A stretch of DNA of 63,161 bases, counting the filler, from Dimorphilus gyrociliatus (Eukaryota > Animalia > Annelida): NCBI GenBank assembly GCA_904063045.1. It is 4 parts of 3 records of this genome, joined end to end, with 100 filler letters (N's around TTAATTAATTAA, not from the genome) between each part and the next. Parts side by side here need not be neighbours in the genome. Positions count along the whole stretch, not along the records: positions 16,453 to 38,042 come from CAJFCJ010000128.1; 3 more parts are not named here. One strand, given 5' to 3'. A program made the position numbers and the translations under genes. The notes under the pieces are model-generated. The model saw nothing but the letters and a program-made list of their open reading frames with translations, did not search any database and was not told where the DNA came from. Below are positions 26,401 to 37,990 of this stretch, one piece after another (within the stretch, counting starts at the first letter, position 1; every line of letters starts with the position of its first letter).

Positions 26401-29400
26401 TTTGAACAATGACGATGACGATGATTCTAATAGACATTCTTTAAAATTATGCAAATTTTCATAATCAATCACTGCATCACTGTTTATATCTTTCGAAAGT
26501 TTTTCATGTAGTTTCATGACGTCATGGCATTCAAAATTTATCTGACGACAAACTAAACTCTTTGAAAAGCTTCTATCCTTTGAATTGGTTAAATCTTTAA
26601 GAATTTTTGTAAAAGTATTTAAATCGTTATTGCCTTGAAAATCATTTGAAAGAGATTTTTCCAATATTTTCAAATTGGATAAGGATAAATCTTTCATAAG
26701 ATACTTTTGAGTATTTTTATCTTTTATATCATTCAAATTTCTTATCCTACAATGGGAAATATCCAAATAGAGTAATCTATTCTGATTTGGTGTGACCATT
26801 GAATAAAAACTGTTAAAGTGTTTACCAATTTTTCTATTTCCACTTAGAATGATACTTTGAATATTTGAAAGATATTTGAAAAGTTGCCAGAAAGCTTTTA
26901 CGCATTGTTCAGTTAGTTTGCAATTTGCAAAATTCAATTTTAAAAGCGTCTCTACAGACTGAGACCATCTAAGATCGTTAAATATCTCAGACATTCTCTC
27001 CTCTTCAATCTCACTATTATCTTGCATCCAAAAAACTTTTAAGCATTGACTTTCACCCAAAAATTCACTCAGTTCATTCATTTCGCCAATTTTTAAATTA
27101 CAATCATTAATCTTTAAAATTTTTAACGTTTTTATAGAAGACGATTCAATTAATGATTTAAATAATTTCGAACAGATTTCTTCATTAATTCTATTTCCGC
27201 TTATATCAAAATTTTCCAAATTTGAACAATTTTTTAAGAATGTTCCACAGAAATATTTCAAATTTTTTAAATTCAATTTACAATAACTTAAATTAATACT
27301 TTTTAAATTTTTTGATGATTTCATTAAACTTTGAAAAACTTTTTCAAACATTCCACAAAATTGAGTAGTATAGGATAAATCAATTTCCGTTAGAGTAGTA
27401 TTCAATTCTGTCATTAAATTAATTAGACTTTTATACTGATAATGAAAATTTAAATTGCATTTTGATAAATTAATACTTTTCAGTTTGTCACTTGCCAATT
27501 TCAATATATTTGAATATTCAAAATCTAGACAAACTATGTTGGATATTTGTAAATATTCCAATTGTTTAAATTCTCCTATCACGTGACCAAGAACGTAACA
27601 ACCTCCTTTATTTAGATAACAATTCTCAATTGAAAATTCTTTTATCTCATTTTTAATTGAATTTAAACCACTGCAGAAAATTTGCATTGCTGTACCAAGA
27701 AATTTGACGTCATTGAATTTAATCGATTCCAAACTTTTTAAAGATAAGAGGCAATTTGACAAGATTGAACTGATTTTCTCGTTGATAACGACATTTTTCA
27801 AATGGAAATATTTCATTTCTTGAGAGGATTTTTTCATAAATTTTTTAAATTCTTGTAAAAATCCAGCAATATTGAAATTTGTCATTGAAACTCTCTGTAT
27901 GCCTTTACTTTTTAATACATAGGTCATAAATACTTTAGATTGGTCAATTTCATCTATCATATCATTCATATTCTTCTCTTTCCTGTTTTCTTCGCTCCTC
28001 TCTAGAAAGTTGAGAAAGAATTCGTTCTTCTCTTTAACAGACGCTCCAGCAAAATATGGAATTTCGGCAAACGTTATCAAATTCTTTTCAATAGCCTCTT
28101 TGATGTATTGAATAGAATTTTTCAAACTGGATTTAACATCTGCTTGATTTCCAGTTGGAAGAATTTGGAACATTTCATTTTGAATATCGGAATTAAGGAA
28201 AATTTTTGGAGATTTCTCTCCATTTACAATTGATATTTCATTAAGCAATTTTCTAGGTTTATCCTCCTCTCCATTGTACGGAAGAAAAGATGGATTAGCG
28301 TTCAACAACGCGCTATAATTATCCGGTAAATCATCTTCAATCGAAGAATATTTTCCAATAATTGCATTCCCATAATTCTTCTCATTGTTTTCAAATTCTA
28401 TATTACTGTTTGATGAAAAATATTTGTTACATTGTTCAAAGAAGTGTTCAAAAATCTTTAAAATTTGACAATTTAAAATGATAACATCTTTTAAATATTC
28501 AATTTTTGGAATTAATTCAAAAAATTCTTTACAAAATTCAACTGTTAACTTTTTATTCATAATCGTAATCGATCGTAAAGTTTTAATATCTTTAACCATT
28601 TTTAAAAAGCCTACTGTTATTTTATCCCTATCGCCAATACTATCGTAATATAGGCCTATTACTTCGCTTCCTTCAAACTCGACATCGAATCTTAATCCGT
28701 ATTTTTTGTCGACATTCGTTAGAATGATTGTAGCTGTAACGAAATCATTACTTTCGTTTACATCGATATCGTATTGTTTCAAGGTTTTTTTCGTTTTAAA
28801 AATCAACTTTTTCAACTTTTTCAACTTTAAAGCCGATATGAGTAGTGTATGAAAATTCATTTCTAAATCATGTAGATTATTCTCATTATCGTTATCATCG
28901 TTCCGAAAGATTAAACAATCGAGTTGTGTACAAGTGATAATCCTGTCGAAGAAGTATCTTTTATCGGAATCGTCTTTGAATTGACACTTATTTAGTTCTA
29001 ACTTTTCTAGATTATCGCAAAATCGTCTGAAGATAATACCAATTGTATAATTGTTTAACACTTCTTCGGTTATACAAAGATTAGTTGGATTATCATCACC
29101 AATAATTAATTCTTTTAGATTTTGGTCTTTTAACAGTCTATCCTGCATAAACGATCTCCCTATCATATCATTATACGTTTTCTTACAGTATTTCTCCAGA
29201 AATGCTAGTACATTGTAAATCTTTGGACTTTTTGTTTCCTCAATAATATCCACTATATCATCCATTTCCAACCTATTATCGCTCTCTCTCAGATTTTGCA
29301 AATTTGTTAATTCCATTTTTAAATGTCTAATTGAAAAGTATTCGTAGAATAAATCTGAATGAACTTGTAATTTATATCTTCTCTCTTCCGGATTAGATTC

Positions 29401-30819
29401 AGGATCATCTATTTTATAGACAACGTTTGAATAGCACTCTACAATTTCGTCCAGTTGGTCAATCTCTTTAGTTGGCTCGTTGTCTTCTCTTATCCAATTG
29501 ATGAAACAAGTATGAAAGAAATTCTTTACAATTCCCTCTTCCCTGAAACTTTTACCATATTTACATATCTGATCTAAGATAGAGTAGGGAGCTGTTTTAT
29601 TGAACTCTGTTCTCTTCTCTTGCCAAAGGATGGATATTATCATAGCAATCTTTGGAATTCTACTCAATTCATTCAATTTTGAGTTAAAATTCCACAAATC
29701 TCTACTCTCCTCATTCAACATTTTCGAGTAGAATGTTTGAATTTGTCCAACATTGAATTTCAATAGTTCGTATACACCAGCGGCTCTCGTTCTTAAATCA
29801 CGATTTTGCAGACTTTCCAACCAGACTATCGTTTTGTTTGGATATTCATCTCTCAATAGATATTGCCTTAAAAATGGTTTTTGCAATTGGCATTCCTTAC
29901 CCAAATCTATAAGAAGGATTATTCCAGAATTACTGTCGTTCAACAGAGTTTCTATAGTTTCTTCGTTAATGTAACTAAACGTTTCCCAATTGAAATTTTG
30001 CTTTTTCACTGCTGTAGACAACTTTTCGTCTCCTTCCTCTATCTTGCCAACATCGACAGAGAGCAGCAGTTGACTGTTTAACTGATCAAAATCATTTGAC
30101 CAATTCCAGATGATTTGTTGACTTTGAAGAGTCTTACCCAATCCGGAACATCCTGTAATTAACCATTTGTTCCTTTCTTCTCTTTCTGCAAATATCTCTT
30201 CAAAGACATTATCTTCTTCAATCTCCTCCTTTTTCTTATTATCTGACATTTCTAGCTCTTTTACCATTTTTAAAGGTATTCTAAAACTATTCAATTCTTT
30301 CTTTGTATCAGGTTTCAACTCAAGAATTGGAACCTTTGAAAGTTCTTCTCTCCTCTTCTCTTTAACATTTTTTATTAGCTGTTGCCAAAATTCCTTTCTC
30401 TTTTTATTAGTAAATTGTCTACGAATTTCTTCCGATTGTTGATTATCTAACACATTTAACAGTTTTTCCAAAGAGACTTTAGAGTTGAAAATCTTCTTTA
30501 TAGTTTGAACAATTGCATTCGGTTTGCTATCTGTATTCTTATAGTCTGCTATACACTGATTACCTTCACTAAAATCATAGACTCGCTCCTGTATCAGATA
30601 TATAATGACCATAAAGAAATTGGAATTTTCCTCCAACAAGCGCCCTATTTTCTCATTGTAATAATTCATTAGCAATCTGCTAGGACCATCCATAGCTTTT
30701 TTCACTGCTTTCTTATCTCCTTCCTTGTGTTTGTTATTTTCTTTTTTAAAACAGACACTATAACAGAAAACCTGACAACAGTTGAAAACGAAAAAGGGAT
30801 TAAATGACAAAAGATTCAA
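23446..30819 (-). CDS. Giant intronless NLR-like protein, NACHT-LRR-NACHT-LRR (2457-aa ORF; first ATG at 30693, or a spliced 5' end via an acceptor at 30772)
   Basis: Walker A GCSGLGKT (about 30131-30160) and GSAQIGKT (about 25087-25119), each followed by a Walker-B-like strand (IILLIDLGKE, LLILIDDDTE); many RI-class LRRs (LxxLxLSxN/C); 7.4 kb without a stop in very AT-rich DNA. Confidence 0.85.
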   Translation of the reverse strand: MNLLSFNPFFVFNCCQVFCYSVCFKKENNKHKEGDKKAVKKAMDGPSRLLMNYYNEKIGRLLEENSNFFMVIIYLIQERVYDFSEGNQCIADYKNTDSKPNAIVQTIKKIFNSKVSLEKLLNVLDNQQSEEIRRQFTNKKRKEFWQQLIKNVKEKRREELSKVPILELKPDTKKELNSFRIPLKMVKELEMSDNKKKEEIEEDNVFEEIFAEREERNKWLITGCSGLGKTLQSQQIIWNWSNDFDQLNSQLLLSVDVGKIEEGDEKLSTAVKKQNFNWETFSYINEETIETLLNDSNSGIILLIDLGKECQLQKPFLRQYLLRDEYPNKTIVWLESLQNRDLRTRAAGVYELLKFNVGQIQTFYSKMLNEESRDLWNFNSKLNELSRIPKIAMIISILWQEKRTEFNKTAPYSILDQICKYGKSFREEGIVKNFFHTCFINWIREDNEPTKEIDQLDEIVECYSNVVYKIDDPESNPEERRYKLQVHSDLFYEYFSIRHLKMELTNLQNLRESDNRLEMDDIVDIIEETKSPKIYNVLAFLEKYCKKTYNDMIGRSFMQDRLLKDQNLKELIIGDDNPTNLCITEEVLNNYTIGIIFRRFCDNLEKLELNKCQFKDDSDKRYFFDRIITCTQLDCLIFRNDDNDNENNLHDLEMNFHTLLISALKLKKLKKLIFKTKKTLKQYDIDVNESNDFVTATIILTNVDKKYGLRFDVEFEGSEVIGLYYDSIGDRDKITVGFLKMVKDIKTLRSITIMNKKLTVEFCKEFFELIPKIEYLKDVIILNCQILKIFEHFFEQCNKYFSSNSNIEFENNEKNYGNAIIGKYSSIEDDLPDNYSALLNANPSFLPYNGEEDKPRKLLNEISIVNGEKSPKIFLNSDIQNEMFQILPTGNQADVKSSLKNSIQYIKEAIEKNLITFAEIPYFAGASVKEKNEFFLNFLERSEENRKEKNMNDMIDEIDQSKVFMTYVLKSKGIQRVSMTNFNIAGFLQEFKKFMKKSSQEMKYFHLKNVVINEKISSILSNCLLSLKSLESIKFNDVKFLGTAMQIFCSGLNSIKNEIKEFSIENCYLNKGGCYVLGHVIGEFKQLEYLQISNIVCLDFEYSNILKLASDKLKSINLSKCNLNFHYQYKSLINLMTELNTTLTEIDLSYTTQFCGMFEKVFQSLMKSSKNLKSINLSYCKLNLKNLKYFCGTFLKNCSNLENFDISGNRINEEICSKLFKSLIESSSIKTLKILKINDCNLKIGEMNELSEFLGESQCLKVFWMQDNSEIEEERMSEIFNDLRWSQSVETLLKLNFANCKLTEQCVKAFWQLFKYLSNIQSIILSGNRKIGKHFNSFYSMVTPNQNRLLYLDISHCRIRNLNDIKDKNTQKYLMKDLSLSNLKILEKSLSNDFQGNNDLNTFTKILKDLTNSKDRSFSKSLVCRQINFECHDVMKLHEKLSKDINSDAVIDYENLHNFKECLLESSSSSLFKNKDVKDFRKDLLDDLQRNALERLKNFFIAFRRLTYLNLSFNQHCMNIIIPAIIKSCAPFLHFLIMKSCNLSYKEHGQQLMHLFIYCRSLRYLDMSCNKNLFKITDDRNNDEENANHCLSKLILSCSTIQSLKFNSCNLNDTDGDKLAELLTKCHDISEIDIGDNRDICNSLDKIFDSLLKSYNNLKVFNINNCEISEQCLKKLCNLFDYCYYLEEVYLTFGKRPKIDKSESSEKKNERLLLSDCFQHLINSSMTLRIFKLSGCVIEEDIDNIVNFLIECRNLKKVTLNFDRKIRLSILKRLTNIISSKSFYHSKFYSWIVKAKMEMLKIVKKEETFNLNTLSGNLCFTNWYEFKNTTAKYHINYLNNRKFLPDVHLQSIIQPKCAKFFNQLYMPLNLLQIKPKQKNPKPLDDIEFLNCITSSAVNNCIIGSAQIGKTTLLNRILYLWSIEETLQNFLLLRLSLNEEKDSKSLFDRLLLSNYGKLKSDDKIKKDLRKFLKNNPKNLLILIDDDTECLNHPNCKISDIFKGKTAKNIKKLIFIRNLIQPSIPVDFIFSIQGVQPKQNIKCLNEICSLYCEQNCHLSSTGQHYSTMVGSLKQCEQFCTHPLGILLIFLKLSKNPTQHSLAFQNAIKTFLKILEKKKKKIFQFKDNNQHLDILTKYFTQLTSMNIHDLLSIGIIRYNPQAIFQSFHNSSKLFILSPIEQYYLKEFFNPKSSPLSSSSGKLLYSILSQYKFPKSDIVPMYIYNLDHMLIFLYLFKKTLYQFNEIVVEYENREKIILTLQKRCAKDIKVLAVIYFSASKIFCPFNNNTGFFNELKDLIEKSITQFPGNYEVIVKQMALNFTYMNVNFYNLKSFFTNMTSTFIHFTEIILKDINLNEIICKSLQTFLNMQFSIRIFDISNNRIGNSWFQMFLQSLTPSSPKLELIFFEGIGIDNYIINDLLKFLNKLQNIIKVNMSNNQLTEQSSKTIINLAKEKQFVFIS

Positions 30820-31259
30820 TAGAAGTCTCTATAAGAATATTTTCACACCATTCAAATTCATACAATTTTCTCAAAACGAAAATGAAACTAAGAATTTCCC
30901 AAATCAAAGAAGAAATATAAATATTGATTCTCTACTATTTAAATACTGCCAATATTTTGCTTTGTCCTAAAAATTGCACTCCTCTTCGTAATAAACACCC
31001 AGTGTATTCTAGTTTGTCACTAATCATTTTGAAGAATATTTCTCTCAAATTTTCAGTGGCATTTAAGCTTCCCAGTAGATTTGCGAAAAAGGTTGATTCT
31101 GAACAATGCTAGGCTTATTTACAAAACCTAAAACAAATATTCCATATCTCGTTATAGTTTCAACTGTAAAATATTTTTTGTTTTTTTTTTTTACAGTAAC
31201 AACTCAGCCTAATTTGCATGTTTTGAATTCTTAAGTAAAGGTATGAACTTTGATCTGAA

Positions 31260-32150
31260 TGATCTCTTTTAAAACAGAATACGATAGAAGTCGCCCCAGT
31301 AAGTGGGAAAATATCATTGTTCTTCTTGTTTTAAATATTTTAAGTCTTTTGTTGATTTATTTAAGTTTTTCAGGGATAAAACAAGAAATGATGTGCACTT
31401 AGAAATAATAATGTAATAGACTTCAGATATTATAGAACTTTAGAAAGGCTTTTATTTCATAGCAATTATAATGGTGCAACTATAGAATGACTTTTATGTT
31501 GTAGGAATTATAATTATCGAGCTTGAGAAAGACTTCTATTTAGTAGAATTAGATTCTATAACTTTAAAAAGACCTTTATTTTGTGGGAAATAGATTCTTT
31601 GACCATAAAAGATGGTGTCATTATGGAATTAACAAAGGAACAAACAATATAGAAAAAATGCATGTCAAACTTGTTACATCTTATTCAAAAACAGATGCAG
31701 AAGAGGCAGGCTTGTTTTTGCAGTGCCACATCTTAACCTTAAGTGATGCAATAGTTTTTCATGTTTTTGTTATATAAGCATTGTGAGACTGTTACATTTC
31801 AAGTTTGCAATCCTCTGACCAAGGTAACCCAAGCTTTGGTAAATGTATCAAAGGAAATACATTTCTCCAGTTTGACAGTTCAGTTCAGTTCTGTAACCAT
31901 CAGCTGGTTGTTTAAATTTGCTTATTTAGAACTAGAAACTCATACATATCATTTCAGATGACTTCATCAGAAGTTTTTCCAAAAATGTTCTGAACTTTAT
32001 TCAGAAATTACTCTCTGTTTGAAATGAACAAGAAAAAATAGTCTCTATTCAACTTCGTCTATTTATACAATTTTAAAAAGTGCACAGGGTGAGTTCTGTC
32101 TTTGTCCTGGGCGACTTCTGCCTATTTCTGGGCGACTTTTGTTGATCCCT
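31260..32150 (+). mobile_element. Decayed MULE-like remnant
   Basis: WCHYGINKGTNNIEKMHVKL resembles the MULE C-terminal RTNNxxEGWH motif; inverted AAGTCGCCC / GGGCGACTT motifs near 31288 and 32110-32135. Confidence 0.35.
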
Positions 32151-32194
32151 TTAAAACATTCAAAGCTCTGAAATTTTTTTGAATATGTATGATA

Positions 32195-33010
32195 TTAGGT
32201 ACGATCGGAAAGTATTAAACATTTGGTATTTTTATTTATAATAGTTAACTTATTATAATATTTTTTTTTCTATTATAGCCTATAGTCTACTCTTGAAAAA
32301 ATAACCATTATATTTTTTAATAGTCCCTTCCGTTATCCACACTTGTCTACCATTTTGATGGACGTATGTCTATAATGTTCCAATAAATGCAGGATTTTTC
32401 TCTCCTCAGAAAATCGCTAATCCTTTTTTTTAATTTGTCCAAATTTTTATATTCTACTCCTTGCATATAATCTTTCAATATTCCAAAAAGATAATATTGA
32501 GGTGGTGCCAAACTAGGGCTATAGGGTGAATGTGGAAATGATAACCATCCTTGACCTCTTATAAAAATCTTTTGTTTAAAAACTTGGAAGAGATCTGGCA
32601 CTGTCATGCTTCAACATTATCTCTTTTTTTTGGGTAGAATTTAGTGAAACTTCTTTCTTAACCTTTTCAGGCATCCAATGTATTTTTTGAAGCCTATTGT
32701 TTCTCCATACTCCATAAATTCACATTGATTTTGCCACAACAGTCTCCCTAAATATAATGTAACAGTTTTTTAGCTGGCTTAGTGATCAGATCGCAGCAAG
32801 TTTTCAATTTTTTTCCCCTTTTCTATGTCAGATATCCATCTTCTTACTGAATCTTCACTCAGAGTTTCATCCCCAAAAATAGCTTTTTAACAGTGTATAA
32901 ATATTCTTTGAAGAGAGACCATCCCATGCACTAAAAATGGGATATGACAGAGAAAGATCTTACTTGGGAACTTTTTTGTCAGCCATGGCTAGATGACTCA
33001 TATGTTGATT
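32195..33010 (-). mobile_element. Decayed mariner transposon
   Basis: PHSPYSPSLAPPQYYLF (YSPDLAP motif) in ORF 32347-32607; FGDETLSEDSVRRW HTH remnant upstream; TA-TTAGGT mariner-like end at 32193-32200. Confidence 0.75.
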
Positions 33011-33245
33011 ACAAAGAATATTCAAGATATAAAATGATTCATAATTTCTGATTGATAGAAATGTACTTTACCCTTTTAATGACAAAAAGGAAATATTCAG
33101 GAAATTTACAGTCATTTTAAAAGTATAAAAGGTAAGAACAAATCTGATCTTCATACCAAAATGTCTAAAAGGTAAGGTTCCATTTTAGTTTCTCTAACCT
33201 TTCCTATACTTTTCTATGAGATTTATCATTTTTTCTCTTTTTCAG

Positions 33246-33471
33246 GAAATGTAACAACGATAATTTGGATTGTTCAATCGATGGAGAAAGAGACAATTTT
33301 CACTCGATAAATTCTAGTCTTCAATGTAAATTTTGCTGTGATCAAATGGCAAATACTTTGTTGTTATCTTGTCATCACTTGATTGCCTGTAGGCAATGTG
33401 TTTTAAGGCTGCCGAGACCAGAATGTCCCCTATGCGGAGAATTTATTAGGGGTTACGTATTAATTAAGTAA
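33246..33471 (+). CDS. Terminal exon encoding an IAP/MDM2-type C-terminal RING finger; upstream exons not resolved
   Basis: ttttcag acceptor; CKFC-x11-CHHLIACRQC-x7-CPLC...IRGYVLIK-stop. Confidence 0.65.
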
Positions 33472-33768
33472 TAGACTGTTAATCAATAAACAAGGTTCTT
33501 AGGCCTATAATTGCAAAAAAATTTGGTGATATTTTTGATTTTTTTAAAATTATATAAACTCTTATTAAGTTCCGCCATATTTGAAACGGTTTTAAAAAAT
33601 TGGATTTACTTTCAGTGTTCTGCTATTTAAGGGTGTATTCTAAAAGTTTTGGACAAAAAATTCACTTTGTGGACAAACGTTAAATGTTCTATTTGGACAG
33701 ATTTAGGTCCAAAAATGATGAATAAATTATCAACAACACCAAAAGATCAACAATTATCCATTATTTAT

Positions 33769-34824
33769 TCATTCATGAATAGATGCAGAGCTTGACAGCA
33801 CGGTTTTAGTTTTTGAATTGTTACTTGGCAGTTGATTTTTTTTGAACAATGACAGAAATTCGTTTCTGAATTTTCTACCGCTCAAACAGTAAAAGTAAAA
33901 GTTGAATGCGCTATTTGATTTGACGAGAAGTTCGTTGAAGAGTGCTCCTTTTTTTAAGAAGGCAACATCATCTGTTGTAGGATTTTTTAAATAGTAGCTA
34001 ACGTATATGAATAACGCTGTACTTGGTATTGAAGTCAGTATGAAATAAGAAGAAATAAGGAGGAGGATAATTGATGAGCTTCTACCTTTGTTATCATCTT
34101 TTGTATTCTTTGATGACGTCAGATCTTTTCTCTTTCGACTGGCTATCACCAAAGCCCTATATATGAGTACATTTGTGAAAAGAAGAATAATTCCAGGAGT
34201 ATAATACGTGAAAACGCTTTCCAGAGTTGGTGTTATATTATCATAGTAAGTCTTCCATGATTTGCTGCTTGGTTTACAGAAGAATAATCCAGAATTCTTT
34301 TTTAATGGATTATCAACGATTGTTACGTCATTAATCATAAAGAAGAATATTGAATAGCCGGCAGTTGACAAGATTATTATAGCAACAATTATGAAAATTG
34401 TATGTTTCTTTGATGCTAAAGCCTTGGCCTTTGTGGGAAAAATGATAAATAGGCTTCTATCAATGGTCATTGCGCAAAGTATTAGAGTACTAGATTGCTG
34501 AGTCATTTTTCCAAGTGTATATTTTCCCCAACACGACAAATATAAAATGAATCGACGATCTGAAAAAATTCTCAATTCTATTGTATAAAACATATAGAAA
34601 GCTAGCCACGTGATTAACACCAAACTGTCAGTAATTGCCAAACTTCTTAGGTAGATTGAAGTTGATGTTCCACTCATACTACGCTTCCTGAAAACGAGAT
34701 AACTAAAAACATTGCCAAACATACCCAAAATAAAACAGATTGATGACATAACTCTAACACCAATATACCAATCCATTGTATCTGGTATTTCCGGAAATGC
34801 TGGATAATTGCTAGAATTGTTCAT
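33769..34824 (-). CDS. Single-exon class A peptide GPCR (FMRFamide-receptor-like), 351 aa from MNNSS
   Basis: GMFGN (TM1), YLRSLAITD (TM2), MTIDR (TM3), NSAFNFYFYCLSGRKFR (TM7/H8); N-terminal N-glycosylation site; the track's 34872 start is a GTG. Confidence 0.9.
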   Translation of the reverse strand: MNNSSNYPAFPEIPDTMDWYIGVRVMSSICFILGMFGNVFSYLVFRKRSMSGTSTSIYLRSLAITDSLVLITWLAFYMFYTIELRIFSDRRFILYLSCWGKYTLGKMTQQSSTLILCAMTIDRSLFIIFPTKAKALASKKHTIFIIVAIIILSTAGYSIFFFMINDVTIVDNPLKKNSGLFFCKPSSKSWKTYYDNITPTLESVFTYYTPGIILLFTNVLIYRALVIASRKRKDLTSSKNTKDDNKGRSSSIILLLISSYFILTSIPSTALFIYVSYYLKNPTTDDVAFLKKGALFNELLVKSNSAFNFYFYCLSGRKFRNEFLSLFKKNQLPSNNSKTKTVLSSSASIHE

Positions 34825-35466
34825 AGTTGTATGTGTCAAAACAATTGTAGAGAAATATAGAATTTGTGACACCTTTTAAAACCTCAAAATCTGTATTTAT
34901 TACAATCTGAAGAGTACTCTTAAAGAAGACTAATTAAGAGAAAAGAAAGTATTGAATAATAAGTAGTGCGTTTGCAAGCGTGTCATATAGAAATTATATT
35001 GGGTGTGGTTTATCAAGAAGTTATTACCCTGCATAACCCAACAACTGAAAATTTCAACCTTATCCTTAACACTAATTCGCATTAAAAGAAGGGGGAAGAG
35101 GGGAGGGGGAAGGGCTAATGGAGACATCTTTTGTGTGAATCAAACATAGAAAATCTGATTTGGTGTGATGTTGAATAAATTGAGCTTGGAGAAGCAATCA
35201 ACAACATTAGAATACATTAAAAGTTTGAAGAGATAAGAAAAAGATTAGAATAACTAAATTTTTCAAAAGAGGTTGAGAATGGTCATTAATATCTGCATTA
35301 ATGTATCATCTTAACCTCCAACAAAATGGCAGACACTTATTAACAATAGAGGTAGCTATTATATATGAAACATACGAATTTATTCAATAACAGATATATC
35401 AGATAAAATAAATTAACTAAAAATTTTTTTGACCTTGACCTCAATAACAAAAAATAGATATTCCAT

Positions 35467-37990
35467 TCAACAATACTGTAAAAGTTGATAATTTGTACAT
35501 AAGACATAGAAATAATCAATAGTTGATGTTATAAGGTGACTTTTAACACTATGAATATTTGGAAAACTGCTGAATTCGCATCTTTTCAAATTGTCTGAAT
35601 AACTTAAACTTTTACAAGCATAATCTTTTAAACAAGATCTATAACATTCCATAATATTTAGATTGAATTTTACTGAGTAAATATAAACTGGTTTAATTGT
35701 TTTTCTATCATAACTCAATTGGTGTATTTCTGTTCAAGGAAAAGAATTAAAAAAGAAGAAATTAACCAAAACATTCATCTTACCATCAATATTGTCAATT
35801 ATTCCTCTACTGATGACGTAGTAATTACAAGTTGAATTTAATTGGTGGTCATTTAATGAAATTTTTAAATATTTCGCAATAATTTCACTTTTGCAAGAGA
35901 ATGTAAAAAATGTTGGATTAACGACACGTATAATCTGTTTAATGCTTGTACAAAGAATATCCATTTTATAATTCACGCCAAAAATTTCAAATCCAAATTG
36001 AAAATTTTCAGTTTTAATTAATAAAAAACCAACTGCAATGATTTTATGATAATTTTTTAATTGTATAAAAATTTCATGATTTATCGAAGAACCGCAAATT
36101 GAATTTAATTGGATAGTTGAATTATTTGATTGTGATGAAAATCCGTTTAATGCTGTAGAAAATAGGCCTAAATCTGGGAGAATTTATTATTCATTAATAA
36201 CTTAAAAAAAAGGAAAAAAATTAAATTACAAACCACTGAAATTGTATGATTGTTTTCTACCAAAAATGTATATTTCGCATAATTCCATTGTATTACCGCC
36301 AATTTTATTTAATGATATTCTATCACCAATAAAATGGCAATTGTATAATAAATACTCCATTAATTTACTATCATTTTTTAAATTACAAATTTGCCTTTGT
36401 AATTCAATATTGAAATTTTCAACAGCTACTTGAACATTTTCAAATGTTTCTGTTATATTTTTTTGGAAAAAATTCGATTGATAATTTGAGAGATTGGGAT
36501 GAAAAAGAGAATCTTTTACCTTTGATAAAGAATACTGGTAGTAGGATAACAATTTCAATAACCATATAATAATTATCCATATAGAATACAATCCTTCCTT
36601 CCTGATTGTCATTTGTCAATGTTCCACTACAAGAAAGATATCCATGATTTCTACTATTTAATGATAAACCGTCAATAATCTTTATTGGAAACTGGTAAGT
36701 TGGCTTTTTAGATGGATAGATTTGTAAACTACTGCTATTGGTCCTAAAACTATTAACCAATGGTAGAAGAGTGAAATTGGTATTAGTTATTTCTTCACCA
36801 TAGGCCTCAACAACCAAAAGTTGAAGATATTGTTCTATATTTAAGTATAACATTAGATAACGACCAATTGGCGATGGCTGTTGGCAATTCCAAATTCTAT
36901 ATTCCCCATCCAAAAAGCGCTTATCATTGATAAAACAGGTTTTTGAATATAAATGCACTTCCTCTACATCAAAATTTTGATATTCTGACACTACTCCTCT
37001 TATTGAATTTGTTCTAGAAGAAACTACAAAATGGAGAAGGTGAGTTAGACTTAAACATGAATATACATGGATTATTTGGTGGTGAGAGTGGGAGAAAAAG
37101 TTGTGTATGACCTTGACATTTATTCCCACTTTCCCACCTTCCTTTATTTTACATAACATACATTGATCTTCTCTATTTAAAATGGCAACTTGAACTACTC
37201 TATGCATTTGAAGCATATCAATTCGAATCCAAGATTTTCTGTCCCTTTTGGTATGAAATAATCCAGGACGAGATCCAGTTGTTGTTAAACATGCACTTGA
37301 ACTTTCCCGAAAATACGATGATCCCCAAGCTGGTTTATTAAGTAATTTATTCTTTAAATTCTCCTCTAAATCCCTTAAATAATTTCCAAATATTTCAATT
37401 TCAGTTGCAACAACAATTCTACTCTCTGAATTTGAGCGTAAAACAACAAATTGACCTTTGACCCCACCTTTTTTACATAAAATTGTATAAAGAGTCTCAT
37501 TTGCATTTAAACTATTATTATTCTTTTCGCCACAATAGAAATATTTTGTTGAATTGTATTGAAAAGCTGGATTATGATTGGTCAATTCAACATAGAAATC
37601 TTTGAATGTATCTATATCCGGTTGATATAGTCCGAAATCCAGGCCAAAAACATTATAATAGGCTAAAAGATTAATAGCAATCCACAAATCACTCCCTAAA
37701 CTCATTTTTGTGAAAGCATCAAAATATCCATCAGTTATTCTATGCAATTTACCATTAGAGAATTTTGAAATTGTTAATTTTGAATGAGCAATGTTACTTG
37801 AAAATACTTCAATTTCACATAAATGAATATAATTTCCATATTTCGGTTGAATTATTAATTTCGAACTTCTAGTCATTTTTAAATTTGAACAATTAACAAC
37901 TGTTGACGAAACGTTATTTAGAAGAATATTCTCGGAGCATATATTTTCCGAAAGTTGTAAATAAATTTTCAACAGTTGAAATACTTTTTG
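35467..37990 (-). CDS. Multi-exon F-type lectin / F5-8C (discoidin-like) repeat protein with a C-terminal PAN/apple-like domain; 5' end cut by the scaffold end
   Basis: Repeated LCEIEVF / HTKRDRKSWIRIDM / VAILNRED / GQFVVL motifs; ECYRSCLKDYACKSLSY..RCEFS PAN-like exon; short GT-AG introns, e.g. 37161-37024 (138 bp); full exon structure not resolved. Confidence 0.7.

Noticed and set aside
36440-37972. 510-aa single-exon lectin as given in the ORF track
   Set aside because: It reads through at least one in-frame 138-bp GT-AG intron (37161-37024) and past a donor at its 3' end; the real gene is spliced
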